Positions 27,901-37,508 of a stretch of 64,000 nucleotides of DNA are shown here, piece after piece; positions within the stretch are counted from its first letter, which is position 1, and each line of letters opens with the position of its first letter. The stretch is from assembly GCA_964583105.1 (NCBI GenBank), contig CAZOUV010000002.1:26573-90572 (forward strand), given 5' to 3'. The DNA is from an uncultured Gammaproteobacteria bacterium. Its GTDB lineage: Bacteria; Patescibacteriota; Microgenomatia; UBA8517. Both the position numbers and the translations under genes were made by a program. The notes beneath the pieces are model-generated. The model was not told where the DNA came from, made no database searches, and worked only from the letters and a program-made list of their open reading frames with translations.

Positions 27901-28301
27901 AACAGCCTCTTGGAGGTAAAGCACAAATGGGGGGACAACGATTGGGAGAGATGGAAGTATGGGCACTTGAGGCACACCGTGCCGCCTACACACTTCAAGA
28001 GATGTTAACTATAAAATCTGATGATATTATTGGACGTGCAAAAGCTTTTGAGGCAATTGTAAAAGGTACAGATATTCCTGAGGCCACTGTTCCAGAATCT
28101 TTTAAAGTTTTGGTCAGAGAACTAAATTCTCTCGGTCTTTCAATTGAACCTAAAGGTGCGGTTGTTTTACCTGATGCCGAAATAGATACGGAAGGTGGAG
28201 AGGAACTTGCAAAAGTTGCGGGATCTGAAGTTGTAGCAACAGATGAACTTCTTTCTCCGGAAAGCCCGATGGAAATTGAAGAGGAGGTAAAAACAATTTA
28301 A
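24918..28301 (+). CDS. rpoB: DNA-directed RNA polymerase subunit beta
   Basis: The start is assigned to the ATG at 24918 (MILKNNRK...). RpoB motifs are conserved throughout (GDKVAGRHGNKGVV, QQPLGGKAQMGGQR). Confidence 0.95.
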   Translation: MILKNNRKNFGRTEKNLPELDLSKIQRESWQWFLGEGITQELVGISPIDDFTGKNWQLILGEHSLGEPSISPSLAQEKGLTFSCPLKIVATLINKRTGKEVTQEVFLGDLPQMTQRGTFIINGIERAVINQIVRSPGVYFSEELDVISGRMLGKAEVRPLHGSWLEFEVSRGDVISARIDRRKKVLGTVFLRAMGLSSDEEIIAAFSGIDTDPSHKYLQATLAKDSTKSKEEAVLEIYRKLRPGEPAVIENAESLFQSLFLEHRRYDLGKVGRYKINKRLNLSLPNEKSTWVLTRQDVVAAISYLINLQNGNGRVDDIDHLANRRLRRVGELVSVNAFRVGLLRLERSIKEKMSLVSPEDKPLPATLINARPLIASLNEFFRSNQLSTILDDTNPLSEIDNLRRVSVLGPGGINRERASFSIRDVNSSQYGRLDPVRSPEGPNIGLVTYLALYAKVNEYGFLETPYRKVEKIKKGKNIQVKVTDEIEYLTADDEVDKYITYSGIEIDKDGFIQNERLPLRHNGNFSEGRVELVDFVDVTPRQVIGASASLIPFLAHDEGNRSLMGSNMQCQSVPLVNPESPVIGTGMETEIAKGMSRVIYARHAGVVEYADAKTVEVKLDKKTDIVTNKADEIEITDGGKKEIYHLMKFKRTAHSTCYNQKVVVSPGDKLKVGDLIADGPSIESGELSLGRNLVIAYTSMSGYGFEDAILVSDKIVKNDLLTSIHIEEYEADIVDTKLGPEELTRDIPNVAESELANLAEDGIVVVGAEVGPNDILVGKIAPKGETELTSEERLLRAIFGEKAREVRDTSLRVPHGEKGIVVSVSILDKDKGDELGPGVIKKVVVKVAQIRKLTVGDKVAGRHGNKGVVAKIMPVSDMPYLPDGTPVDIIISPLSVLARMNLGQLLECHLGWALSKKKEKGALPVFDRVGEDLIFNQLKDVDLPVSGKIRLRDGRTGEEFKEETVVGIAYIMKLIHMVEDKTHARSTGPYSLVTQQPLGGKAQMGGQRLGEMEVWALEAHRAAYTLQEMLTIKSDDIIGRAKAFEAIVKGTDIPEATVPESFKVLVRELNSLGLSIEPKGAVVLPDAEIDTEGGEELAKVAGSEVVATDELLSPESPMEIEEEVKTI

Positions 28302-28306
28302 GAAAT

Positions 28307-31300
28307 ATGAATACAGTACAAGACATAGATGATTTAAGGAAATTGGCAGACTTTACCAGTTTGGTAATCAGGCTTGCTTCTCCCGAAGACATCAGAAGGT
28401 GGTCCAGGGGAGAAATACTTAAACCGGAAACAATTAATTACAGAACCTTAAAGCCTGAAAAAGATGGTCTTTTCGATGAACGGATTTTTGGTCCGACAAA
28501 AGATTGGGAGTGTTATTGTGGAAAGTATAAAAGGATTAGGTATAAGGGAGTTGTTTGTGACAAGTGTGGCGTTGAAGTAACCCAGTCCAGAGTTAGGCGC
28601 GAAAGGATGGGGCATATTAGTTTGGCTACACCAATTGCTCATGTTTGGTTTTTTAAAGGAGCTCCGTCAAGACTTTCGCTTCTTTTAGGAGTTGCTCCTA
28701 GGGCAATCGAACAAGTTATCTATTTTGCAAAGTATTTGGTAGTTAATGTCAAGGAAACGGAAAGAAAAGAGGCTCTTAAGATTTTGGGAAAGGCAAAGGA
28801 AGAAAGGGAAAAGGAAATTGCGGATACATTTAGAGAAGCGAAAGAAAATCTAGCAAAAGAGGCCAAAAACGAAAAAGAAAAGGTCGAAACAAAAATAAAA
28901 GATAAAGAGCAATTATCTCTTGCCATAAGTGAAGTTGAACTTGAATTAAGGAAAAAACAAACCTCGCTTTCTGAAGAGGAAGCAAAAACGACAGATAAAA
29001 CAGCTCAGCTTTTTGAAAATCTTATATCTTTGGCAAAAAGTGTAAAGCCATTAACAATTTTGAGTGAAGATGAGTATGAAGAACTGGTCGATCACGGTGT
29101 GGGAGATTTTTTGGTAGTCAAGATGGGGGCTGACGCCGTACTAATGGCTATAGATCAAGTGAATCTTGACCAAACATCTGTTGAATTAACTAAAGAACTT
29201 AACGAATCTAAGGTTGGTAGTTCGAAATATATAAAGATTTCCAAAAGATTAAAACTGATTAACGGTTTAAGAAGAACAAAAATAAATCCTTCATCAATGA
29301 TACTCAGAGTTTTGCCGGTACTTCCTCCGGATTTAAGACCTATGGTTCAACTATCTGGTGGACGTTTTGCCACATCTGATCTTAATGATTTATATAGAAG
29401 AGTTATTAATAGAAATAATCGCCTAAAACATCTTATAGGACTTGGAGCACCAGAGATTATATTAAGAAACGAAAAAAGGATGCTTCAGGAGGCGGTTGAT
29501 TCCTTAATTGATGCTTCACAAAGAAAAGCAACAAGGAAAGGTAGAGGAAAGCAGCCCTTAAGAAGCTTAAGTGATATGTTAAGAGGTAAACAGGGAAGAT
29601 TCAGACAAAATCTCTTGGGTAAAAGAGTAGATTATTCCGGACGTTCAGTTATTGTTGTCGGACCGGAGTTAAAGTTGACACAATGCGGACTTCCAAAAGA
29701 GATGGCCCTTGAAATGTTTAAGCCTTTTGTTTTAAGAGAAATGATTGTTCGTGGAATTGCCCCTAATGTAAAAAGTGCCAAAAACATGCTTGACAGGCGT
29801 CCTCCGGAAGTTTTTGATATTTTGGAGGAAATTATTAAGAATCATCCGGTTCTTTTAAATCGTGCTCCAACACTACACAAACTTTCGATTCAGGCATTCT
29901 ATCCGGTTTTAATAGAAGGAAATGCAATCAGGCTTCACCCCGCAGTCTGTTCGGGATTTAATGCAGATTTTGACGGAGATCAAATGGCGGTCCATGTTCC
30001 ATTGTCCAAAAAAGCAAAAGAAGAGGCAAGAACTTTAATGCTTCCCACATCAAACCTACTTAAACCGTCTGATGGGTCACCGGCAACAACACCAGCATCG
30101 AAGGAAATGGCTTTGGGAGTTTATTTCTTAACAAGCATTAATGAAAAAATTAAACCCTCAAATTCTGTTTTTGCTGATAAAAACGAAGCCATACTAGCCT
30201 TTCAAACCGCAAAAATTGAACTTAAGCAGCTTATCACTGTAAAAATTGGAAATAAATTAGTGGATACCTCCTGTGGAAGAATTCTTTTCAATGAAGCACT
30301 TCCTTCAGATTTTGATTTTGTCAATGAACCTGTTACATCGGCAATTATTAAACAACTATTAACAAAGGCCTTCAATACTCATGCAAATGAGGAAGTTGCT
30401 GAAATGATTGATGCTGTTAAGGATTTGGGATTCTGGGCAGGAACACTTTCAGGTCTTTCGTTCAGTATTGCCGACGCGAAAGTATTGCCTGAAAAAGCGA
30501 CTATGCTTAAGGAAGCTGAGGGAGAAGTTTCTAAGATTGAGGAAAATTTTGCCCAGGGATTAATAACTGCGGAAGAGAAAAGAAGATTGACTCAGGAAGT
30601 TTGGATTAATGTTTCGGAAGATTTGGTAGATAAAACATGGGATGCTTTAGATGAAGATAACCCCATTAAAATAGTAATTAATGCAAAAGTCGGAAGGACT
30701 TCAAAAGATCAGGTGAAACAGCTTGCTGCAATGAGAGGTCTTATTGTTGACCCTGTTGGAAAAATTGTAGAACTTCCCATCAAATCCAATTTCAGAGAAG
30801 GTCTTTCCGAATTTGAGTACGTTACCTCTTCAAGAGGTTCAAGAAAAGGTTTGACGGATACGGCTATTAAAACCGCGGATGCGGGATATCTTACAAGAAG
30901 ACTTGTGGATGTTGCGCATGATGTAATAGTCAGGGATGAAGATTGTGGAACAAAAGAAAAATACATAGTTAGAAGAAATCCTAGAGAAAATGTTTTCTAC
31001 GCGAGAATATTAGGAAGATTCTTGGCTGAAGATATTGTTGATCCCAAGGGGAAAATTGTCTTCAAGAGAAATGAAATTCTTGATGAACCTAAAGCAAAAA
31101 TCATAAATGAAGATGTTTCAATTTCGGAAGTCGCAGTAAGATCTCCTTTAAACTGTGCATTGAGACATGGAATTTGTGTTAAATGTTATGGTTGGGATTT
31201 TTCAAACAAAAAAGTAGTTGTCCCCGGTACACCCGTCGGAGTTATTGCCGCAGAATCAATCGGTGAACCCGGAACACAGTTGACACTTAGAACAAAGCAC

Positions 31301-32026
31301 ACAGGGGGAGTTGTTGGGGTTGACGTTACCCAAGGACTTCCTCGTGTTGAAGAACTGTTTGAAGCAAGAACTCCCAAAGTATTTTCACCGTTATCGGAAA
31401 TTTCCGGGAAAGTTAAAATAAGCGAAACCAACGAAGGTTGGAAAGTAACTGTTAATTCCAAAGAGGCTAAACTTAAAGAAGAAAGAGAATATATTATTCC
31501 CAAGAGTGTTAAATTGGGAATAAGCGACGGAGATTTTATTGATTCTGGTTCTCCACTAGCAGTAGGAAGTTTGGATTTAAAAGAGATTCTTCTTATCAAG
31601 GGTTTGCTTTCAACTCAGGAGTATATAGTTAGTGAAATTCAAAAAGTTTACGAATCGCAAGGAATTCCAATAAATGATAAGCATTTTGAGGTTATTGTCA
31701 GAAAAATGAGTGATGATGTAAAAGTTGCAACGTCCGGAGATACCGCTTTTCTTCCGGGAGAAATTATCAACAAAGCAATATTTGAAGAGGAAAATGAGAA
31801 AACTTTGGCCGCAGGAGGAGAACCAGCATCTGCTCAGCAGGTGATCTTGGGCATTACAAGAAGAGCTTTGTATGTAGAAAGTTGGCTTTCTGCAGCATCT
31901 TTCGAACAGACTACGGATATTCTTACCGAATCTTCACTTCTTGGCAAGGAAGACAAACTTCTTGGACTTAAAGAAAATGTCATAATTGGAAGACTGGTTC
32001 CGGTTCTTCCGGAAAGATTTATATAA
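28307..32026 (+). CDS. rpoC: DNA-directed RNA polymerase subunit beta'
   Basis: A zinc-binding CxxC...CxKC N-terminus, NADFDGD at the catalytic site, and the trigger loop and bridge helix. The ORF is 1239 aa. Confidence 0.95.
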   Translation: MNTVQDIDDLRKLADFTSLVIRLASPEDIRRWSRGEILKPETINYRTLKPEKDGLFDERIFGPTKDWECYCGKYKRIRYKGVVCDKCGVEVTQSRVRRERMGHISLATPIAHVWFFKGAPSRLSLLLGVAPRAIEQVIYFAKYLVVNVKETERKEALKILGKAKEEREKEIADTFREAKENLAKEAKNEKEKVETKIKDKEQLSLAISEVELELRKKQTSLSEEEAKTTDKTAQLFENLISLAKSVKPLTILSEDEYEELVDHGVGDFLVVKMGADAVLMAIDQVNLDQTSVELTKELNESKVGSSKYIKISKRLKLINGLRRTKINPSSMILRVLPVLPPDLRPMVQLSGGRFATSDLNDLYRRVINRNNRLKHLIGLGAPEIILRNEKRMLQEAVDSLIDASQRKATRKGRGKQPLRSLSDMLRGKQGRFRQNLLGKRVDYSGRSVIVVGPELKLTQCGLPKEMALEMFKPFVLREMIVRGIAPNVKSAKNMLDRRPPEVFDILEEIIKNHPVLLNRAPTLHKLSIQAFYPVLIEGNAIRLHPAVCSGFNADFDGDQMAVHVPLSKKAKEEARTLMLPTSNLLKPSDGSPATTPASKEMALGVYFLTSINEKIKPSNSVFADKNEAILAFQTAKIELKQLITVKIGNKLVDTSCGRILFNEALPSDFDFVNEPVTSAIIKQLLTKAFNTHANEEVAEMIDAVKDLGFWAGTLSGLSFSIADAKVLPEKATMLKEAEGEVSKIEENFAQGLITAEEKRRLTQEVWINVSEDLVDKTWDALDEDNPIKIVINAKVGRTSKDQVKQLAAMRGLIVDPVGKIVELPIKSNFREGLSEFEYVTSSRGSRKGLTDTAIKTADAGYLTRRLVDVAHDVIVRDEDCGTKEKYIVRRNPRENVFYARILGRFLAEDIVDPKGKIVFKRNEILDEPKAKIINEDVSISEVAVRSPLNCALRHGICVKCYGWDFSNKKVVVPGTPVGVIAAESIGEPGTQLTLRTKHTGGVVGVDVTQGLPRVEELFEARTPKVFSPLSEISGKVKISETNEGWKVTVNSKEAKLKEEREYIIPKSVKLGISDGDFIDSGSPLAVGSLDLKEILLIKGLLSTQEYIVSEIQKVYESQGIPINDKHFEVIVRKMSDDVKVATSGDTAFLPGEIINKAIFEEENEKTLAAGGEPASAQQVILGITRRALYVESWLSAASFEQTTDILTESSLLGKEDKLLGLKENVIIGRLVPVLPERFI

Positions 32027-32030
32027 AATT

Positions 32031-32492
32031 ATGCCGACAGTATCACAACTTGTAAGACACGGAAGAAAAAAGATAGTAAAAAAGACAAAAACAACGTCTC
32101 TAAGGCGCTGGTTTAATGCTCGTGAGCGAAAGTTTTCTGAGAGCGCATCTCCTTTTAAAAGAGGGGTTGTTCTTTCTGTAAGAACAATGACCCCTAAGAA
32201 ACCAAATTCCGCCTTAAGAAAAGTTGCCAGAGTCAGGTTTTCAAATAAACAGGAAGTAACGGCATATATTCCAGGGGAAGGCCATGAACTTGCGGAGCAT
32301 TCCATAGTTATGGTCAGAGGAGGAAGGGTTAAAGATCTTCCCGGAGTAAAATACCATGTAGTCAGGGGAAAGTATGATACAACGGGAGTTGTAGGACGCC
32401 AGAAAGGAAGAAGTAGATACGGGGCGAAGAAAAGTGGAGTTGCCAAGGCAGCTTCGGCTCCTGTAGCTCCGGCAGCAACACCTGCAGCTTAA
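32031..32492 (+). CDS. rpsL: 30S ribosomal protein S12 with an insertion and an Ala/Pro-rich C-terminal extension
   Basis: [12 protein letters not shown]...[12 protein letters not shown]...PGEGH...[13 protein letters not shown]..., followed by a ~30-aa tail ([22 protein letters not shown]). It overlaps the rpoC end. Confidence 0.9.
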   Translation: MPTVSQLVRHGRKKIVKKTKTTSLRRWFNARERKFSESASPFKRGVVLSVRTMTPKKPNSALRKVARVRFSNKQEVTAYIPGEGHELAEHSIVMVRGGRVKDLPGVKYHVVRGKYDTTGVVGRQKGRSRYGAKKSGVAKAASAPVAPAATPAA

Positions 32493-32526
32493 CGATTTTT
32501 AAATAATTTTGTTAAAATAATTAAAT

Positions 32527-33006
32527 ATGTCTAGAAAAGGACCAGCAAGAATAAGAGAAGCAAAGGCAGACCCTATTTATAACAGCATAGTTGTTACAAA
32601 ACTAATAAATAGGAGTATGAAAGATGGAAAAAAGAGTGTTGCCGAAAAAGAAATATACAGAGCTTTTGAAATAATTAAAGAAAAAACTGGTGAAGATCCT
32701 TTAAATGTATTTAATCAGGCAATGGAAAATGTAAGGCCTACTATGGAGGTTAGACCCAGAAGAGTTGGAGGAGCTGCATATCAGGTTCCAATGCCTGTTA
32801 GAGGACCAAGAAAAGAATCACTAGCAATTAGGTGGATAATAATGGGCGCAACTTCAAGAGCAAACAAAGAATTTCACACTTATGCAGAAAAGTTAGCAGC
32901 AGAAATTATTGATTGTTATAAGGGAGAAGGTCTTGCAGTAAAAAGAAGAACTGATATGGAGCGAGTTGCAGAATCAAACCGTGCATTTTCTCACTTCAAT
33001 TGGTAA
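32527..33006 (+). CDS. rpsG: 30S ribosomal protein S7
   Basis: ARIREAKADPIYNS...VRPRRVGGAAYQVP...AFSHFNW. Confidence 0.9.
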   Translation: MSRKGPARIREAKADPIYNSIVVTKLINRSMKDGKKSVAEKEIYRAFEIIKEKTGEDPLNVFNQAMENVRPTMEVRPRRVGGAAYQVPMPVRGPRKESLAIRWIIMGATSRANKEFHTYAEKLAAEIIDCYKGEGLAVKRRTDMERVAESNRAFSHFNW

Positions 33007-33016
33007 GAGTATTTTT

Positions 33017-33355
33017 ATGACAAAATTCCATTCAATTTATGATGTAACCCCATCTTGCAAACTCTTAAATGAAGCCTATGAAAGAGCTTTAGGAAAAGCG
33101 TTTGATTTAGCTCCACGTCCAGGAGCGGAAATCTGTTGGGATGGTACAAGGTATGGAAATGCTGTTTCGACAAAAGGTACTTTAATTGGTGCCGACAGGT
33201 GTTTAGGTTGTAATAAAAGGATTGAAGTAATACTATCACTTGAACCAGTGGCTGCAACCAATCTCGACCGAGAAGCTGTTAAACTATATGATACGATTGG
33301 TGGAAAAGAGACAATAAAGTTGTCGGGTCATCGATGTAAGGAAGCTGTAGAATAG
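33017..33355 (+). CDS. Hypothetical protein (112 aa) inserted between rpsG and fusA, with Cys/His residues suggesting possible metal binding
   Basis: It is tightly packed (10 nt after rpsG, 5 nt before fusA) and I could recognise no family. It contains C..CxxC...HxC and uses CGT/CGA/AGG Arg codons. Confidence 0.45.
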   Translation: MTKFHSIYDVTPSCKLLNEAYERALGKAFDLAPRPGAEICWDGTRYGNAVSTKGTLIGADRCLGCNKRIEVILSLEPVAATNLDREAVKLYDTIGGKETIKLSGHRCKEAVE

Positions 33356-33360
33356 ATAAT

Positions 33361-35538
33361 ATGGCAGGAGAAGTACAAAAGAAAAAGAGTGCAATGGTAA
33401 TGACGGTTACTAAAGACCGTGATGTTCCATTGGATAAAATTAGAAATATTGGAATTATTGCCCATATCGATGCTGGAAAAACCACAACTACGGAAAGAAT
33501 TCTTTTTGAAACAGGAAAAACCTACAGATTAGGTTCCGTAGATGAAGGAACTACAGTTACCGACTGGATGGCTCAAGAGAGGGAAAGAGGAATTACTATA
33601 GTTTCGGCCGCAATTACAACCTTTTGGGATATCGATTCCGTAAGTTCTGTTGAAAACGGACGCTACAGAATAAATATTATCGATACCCCGGGACATATTG
33701 ATTTTACTGCCGAAGTCGAAAGAAGTTTGAGAGTTTTGGACGGGGCTTTAATGGTTTTTGACGGCAGAACCGGAGTTGAAAGTCAGTCGGAAACAGTTTG
33801 GAGACAGGCAGATAAATACAAAGTCCCCAGAATTTGTGTTTTGAATAAACTAAATCTCATTGGTGCTGATTTTGAAGCTTCTCTTAAGTCAATTAAAGAA
33901 AGGCTTGGAGCAAATGCAGCCCCAGTTGTTATCCCAATAGGTCTTGAGCATGAACATAAAGGGGTTGTTGATCTTATCAAAATGAAGGCCTTGACCTATA
34001 AGGCAATTGAGGATAATAAACTAACCGAAGAAGAAATCCCTGCAGATTTATTGGAGAGTGCAAAAAAATACCGAGCAGAACTGATAGAAAAAGTTTCTGA
34101 ATTTGACGATGAAGCTTTAAATAAGTTTTTGGAAGGACAGGAACCTGATGAAGCGCTTCTTAAGAAAGCTATAAGAAAAGGAGTTATTTCTGGAAAGTTT
34201 TTCCCTATTTTTGGAGGAGACAATAGAACCGCTGAAGCTCAACTTCTTTTGGATGGGGTTGTTGAATATCTTCCCTCTCCACTGGATATGCCTCCGGTTG
34301 AAGGAATAAATTCTAAAACAGGGGAAAAAGAAATAAGACACAGAAAAGTCGAAGATACTTTTTCTGCTGTTGCCTTTAAGGTTATGACAGATCCTCATGT
34401 AGGGCGTTTGGTCTATCTTAGGATTTATTCTGGTAAATTATCTTCCGGTCAGGTTGTCTATAATGCGACAAAACAGACTTCCGAAAGAATAGGAAAGTTG
34501 GTTCTTCTTCATGCCGATCAAAGAGAGTTGATTGAAGATGCTTTTGCAGGAGAAATTGTAGCTGCTGTTGGCTTAAAAGAAACAACAACTGGACATACTC
34601 TTTGCGATCCCGGACATCCAATACTTCTTGAATCTATTACCTTTCCCGAACCCGTTATCTCTCTTGCTATTGAACCTGCAACAAAAAGTGATCAGGAAAA
34701 GATGGGACTTGCCTTGAATAAACTTTCAGATGAAGATCCGACATTTAGAATTAAATCAAATAATGAAACCGGACAGACAATTATTTCCGGAATGGGAGAA
34801 CTTCAGCTTGAGGTTCTTGTAGACAGAATGAAGAGGGAATTTAGCGTGGAAGCAACAACCGGAGCCCCACAGGTAGCGTATAAAGAAACAATAAGAAAGA
34901 TTGCTGAAGGGGAAGGAAAATACATCAGGCAAACAGGGGGTCATGGACAATATGGACATTGTCTTCTTAGGATTGAACCATTAGGACGTGGTGAAGGATT
35001 TAAATTTGAAAGTGAAATTAAAGGGGGTGCAATTCCTCAAGAATTTATTTCACCTATTGAAAAAGGTGTCAAGGAAAAGCTTGAAAACGGAATTATGGCG
35101 GGGTATCCAATGGTTGATTTGAAAGTTGCAGTCTATGACGGAAGCTTCCATGAAGTAGATTCTTCTGAAATGGCCTTTAAGATTGCGGGATCTCTTGCTG
35201 TAGAAGAAGCCGCAAGGAAGGCAGATATGTGCCTTCTTGAACCCATTATGAAAGTGGAAGTTTCAACCCCCGATGAATTTATGGGAGACGTTATCGGAGA
35301 TATTTCTTCGAAAAGGGCACAAATTCAAGGAACCGAACAAAGAGGAATGATGACTGTAATTTTAGCTCAAGTTCCTCTGGCGGAACTATCTGGATATGCA
35401 ACCAAGTTAAGATCAATTTCCCAAGGAAGAGCCTCATACTACATGGAACCTTCACATTATGAGGAAGTTCCAAGGAATATTGCGGATCAAATTGTAGCCA
35501 AGGCAGGCAAGGTAGAAATGGCTAGGGGAAACGGGTAG
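33361..35538 (+). CDS. fusA: Elongation factor G
   Basis: AHIDAGKTTTTE, DTPGHIDF and NKLN G-motifs. The ORF is 725 aa with EF-G domains II-V. Confidence 0.95.
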   Translation: MAGEVQKKKSAMVMTVTKDRDVPLDKIRNIGIIAHIDAGKTTTTERILFETGKTYRLGSVDEGTTVTDWMAQERERGITIVSAAITTFWDIDSVSSVENGRYRINIIDTPGHIDFTAEVERSLRVLDGALMVFDGRTGVESQSETVWRQADKYKVPRICVLNKLNLIGADFEASLKSIKERLGANAAPVVIPIGLEHEHKGVVDLIKMKALTYKAIEDNKLTEEEIPADLLESAKKYRAELIEKVSEFDDEALNKFLEGQEPDEALLKKAIRKGVISGKFFPIFGGDNRTAEAQLLLDGVVEYLPSPLDMPPVEGINSKTGEKEIRHRKVEDTFSAVAFKVMTDPHVGRLVYLRIYSGKLSSGQVVYNATKQTSERIGKLVLLHADQRELIEDAFAGEIVAAVGLKETTTGHTLCDPGHPILLESITFPEPVISLAIEPATKSDQEKMGLALNKLSDEDPTFRIKSNNETGQTIISGMGELQLEVLVDRMKREFSVEATTGAPQVAYKETIRKIAEGEGKYIRQTGGHGQYGHCLLRIEPLGRGEGFKFESEIKGGAIPQEFISPIEKGVKEKLENGIMAGYPMVDLKVAVYDGSFHEVDSSEMAFKIAGSLAVEEAARKADMCLLEPIMKVEVSTPDEFMGDVIGDISSKRAQIQGTEQRGMMTVILAQVPLAELSGYATKLRSISQGRASYYMEPSHYEEVPRNIADQIVAKAGKVEMARGNG

Positions 35539-35616
35539 GCTTCTGTAGAGAATTTTAAATTTCAATTTTTTAATTGGTTTGTATTTTACAGAGAGAGGAA
35601 GTAGAATCTTGTTCAA

Positions 35617-35826
35617 ATGTCGCCTGAAGGTTTTATTATTGTTCAAGATCTTCCCGATAATGAATTCGGAGGAGCCAAGATGGGCTTTAGGGGTGATTCA
35701 AAATCTACGCCAGCCATGTCGAAAAGAATGGCAGAACAAATAGTTGAAGACTTGAAGGTTTACTCAGGATATAAATGGAAGATAAAATCGATAGGGAATG
35801 TGAAGTTTGTTGAGGATACCCCTTGA
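35617..35826 (+). CDS. Hypothetical small protein (69 aa) between fusA and tuf
   Basis: I could recognise no family. A promoter-like TTGTAT-17-TAGAAT at 35579-35607 would give a near-leaderless transcript. Its stop overlaps the tuf -35 box. Confidence 0.35.
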   Translation: MSPEGFIIVQDLPDNEFGGAKMGFRGDSKSTPAMSKRMAEQIVEDLKVYSGYKWKIKSIGNVKFVEDTP

Positions 35827-35852
35827 CAGCCTTATTTAGCCTCAGATATAAT
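35823..35852 (+). promoter_or_regulatory. sigma70-like promoter (TTGACA-18-TATAAT) upstream of tuf
   Basis: TTGACA at 35823-35828 and TATAAT at 35847-35852. Confidence 0.4.
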
Positions 35853-35863
35853 ATAAAGTTAGT

Positions 35864-35888
35864 AAGGGCGAGTTGCCCTTGTTTCTTT
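35864..35888 (+). terminator. Hairpin + U-tract (AAGGGC-gagtt-GCCCTT-GTTTCTTT) in the tuf upstream region
   Basis: A 6-bp stem at 35864-35880 followed by a U-rich tract. It is either the terminator for the fusA/orphan unit or an attenuator for the tuf promoter. Confidence 0.45.
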
Positions 35889-35895
35889 AAAAGGC

Positions 35896-35915
35896 AGGTT
35901 GTATAATTACAACCT
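35896..35915 (+). promoter_or_regulatory. 8-bp inverted repeat (AGGTTGTA-taat-TACAACCT) overlapping a second -10-like TATAAT, 17 nt before the tuf ATG
   Basis: Perfect 8-bp arms. TATAAT at 35902-35907 is preceded at 17 nt by TTGTTT (35879-35884). This is a candidate operator or second promoter. Confidence 0.4.
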
Positions 35916-35931
35916 AGGTTAAATTATTAAA

Positions 35932-37131
35932 ATGGCAGGAGAAGCAAAACAAAAATTTGAAAGATCAAAACCACACGTAAATGTTGGTACCATTGGACAT
36001 GTTGATCATGGAAAAACTACCTTAACTTCAGCAATTACTACAGTTTTAGCAAAACAAGCTGGAAATACTACAAAAGCATACGGATTTAGTGATATTGATA
36101 ATGCTCCTGAAGAAAAAGAAAGAGGAGTTACAATCAATATTTCTCACATTGAATACGAAACGGCAAAAAGGCATTATGCTCATATAGACGCTCCGGGACA
36201 TGCAGATTACATCAAAAACATGATTACGGGAGCGGCTCAGATGGATGGAGCAATTTTGGTTATTTCAGCTGCAGATGGACCAATGCCTCAAACAAGAGAG
36301 CACGTAATTTTGGCAAGACAGGTTAATGTTCCTGCTTTGGTAGTTTTTCTAAACAAATGTGATACGGTTGATGACAAGGAAATAATTGATCTTGTAGAAG
36401 CAGACGTAAGAGAACTTCTTAAGAAATACGAATATCCGGGAGATGAAGTTCCTGTAATTAGAGGCTCAGCTCTTAAAGCCCTTGAGGGCGATGCGGAAGC
36501 CGAAAAAGCAATCATGGATCTTATGAATGCGGTCGATACATATATTCCTGATCCAAAAAGAGAAACAGAAAAACCTTTCTTGATGCCTGTAGAAGACATT
36601 TTTGCCATTAAAGGTAGAGGAACAGTTGTTACCGGAAGAGTTGAAAGAGGAACATTAAAGGTTAATGAAGAGATTGAAATAGTAGGACTTAAAGATACCA
36701 CAAAATCAGTTGTTACCGGTCTTGAAATGTTTAGAAAAACTCTTGATGAAACCCAAGCGGGAGACAATGTCGGAGTACTTTTAAGGGGAATTGAAAAAGA
36801 CGATGTGGAAAGAGGACAAGTTCTTGCCAAACCCGGAACAATTACTCCCCATACAAAATTTGAAGCAGAAGTTTACATTCTTTCCAAAGAAGAAGGTGGA
36901 CGTCATACACCTTTCTTTACAGGTTATAAACCTCAATTCTATGTAAAAACATCCGATATTACAGGAAGCGTAACACTTCCTGCCGGAATTGAAATGGTTA
37001 TGCCCGGAGACAGTGCAAAAATGACGGTTGAACTAATTCAGCCGGTTGCCATGGAAGAAGGATTCAGATTTGCAATTCGTGAAGGTGGACAGACTGTTGG
37101 TGCAGGAGCTATAACAAAAATATTAGCTTAA
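35932..37131 (+). CDS. tuf: Elongation factor Tu
   Basis: [19 protein letters not shown] and NKCD motifs in a 399-aa ORF. Confidence 0.95.
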   Translation: MAGEAKQKFERSKPHVNVGTIGHVDHGKTTLTSAITTVLAKQAGNTTKAYGFSDIDNAPEEKERGVTINISHIEYETAKRHYAHIDAPGHADYIKNMITGAAQMDGAILVISAADGPMPQTREHVILARQVNVPALVVFLNKCDTVDDKEIIDLVEADVRELLKKYEYPGDEVPVIRGSALKALEGDAEAEKAIMDLMNAVDTYIPDPKRETEKPFLMPVEDIFAIKGRGTVVTGRVERGTLKVNEEIEIVGLKDTTKSVVTGLEMFRKTLDETQAGDNVGVLLRGIEKDDVERGQVLAKPGTITPHTKFEAEVYILSKEEGGRHTPFFTGYKPQFYVKTSDITGSVTLPAGIEMVMPGDSAKMTVELIQPVAMEEGFRFAIREGGQTVGAGAITKILA

Positions 37132-37163
37132 TTTTTTTTCGCACATTTAATTGGACTAAAGAT

Positions 37164-37472
37164 ATGCCAACTGGAAGGCTCAGAGTCAAACTCAAAAGCT
37201 ATGACCACAGGGTTATAGATGAAGCAGCTGCAAAGATAATCGAAGCGGCTCTTGCAACCAGTGCTAAGGTAATAGGTCCAATTCCCCTCCCCACAAAAAG
37301 ATCTCTAATGGCAGTTAAAGAGTCTCCTTTTACTGATAAAAACGCTCAGGAACACTATGAAATACTGGTTCACAAAAGACTAATTGATATTTTAGACCCT
37401 TCCTCAAGAACCATAGACTCCCTCTCAAATTTAGATCTTCCCGCAGGAGTCAGTATTGAAATTAAAATGTAG
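37164..37472 (+). CDS. rpsJ: 30S ribosomal protein S10
   Basis: RLRVKLKSYDHRVIDEA...IGPIPLPT... Confidence 0.9.
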   Translation: MPTGRLRVKLKSYDHRVIDEAAAKIIEAALATSAKVIGPIPLPTKRSLMAVKESPFTDKNAQEHYEILVHKRLIDILDPSSRTIDSLSNLDLPAGVSIEIKM

Positions 37473-37508
37473 ATGTTTTAATATGCTCATATTAGTTGAT
37501 TAAGAATT

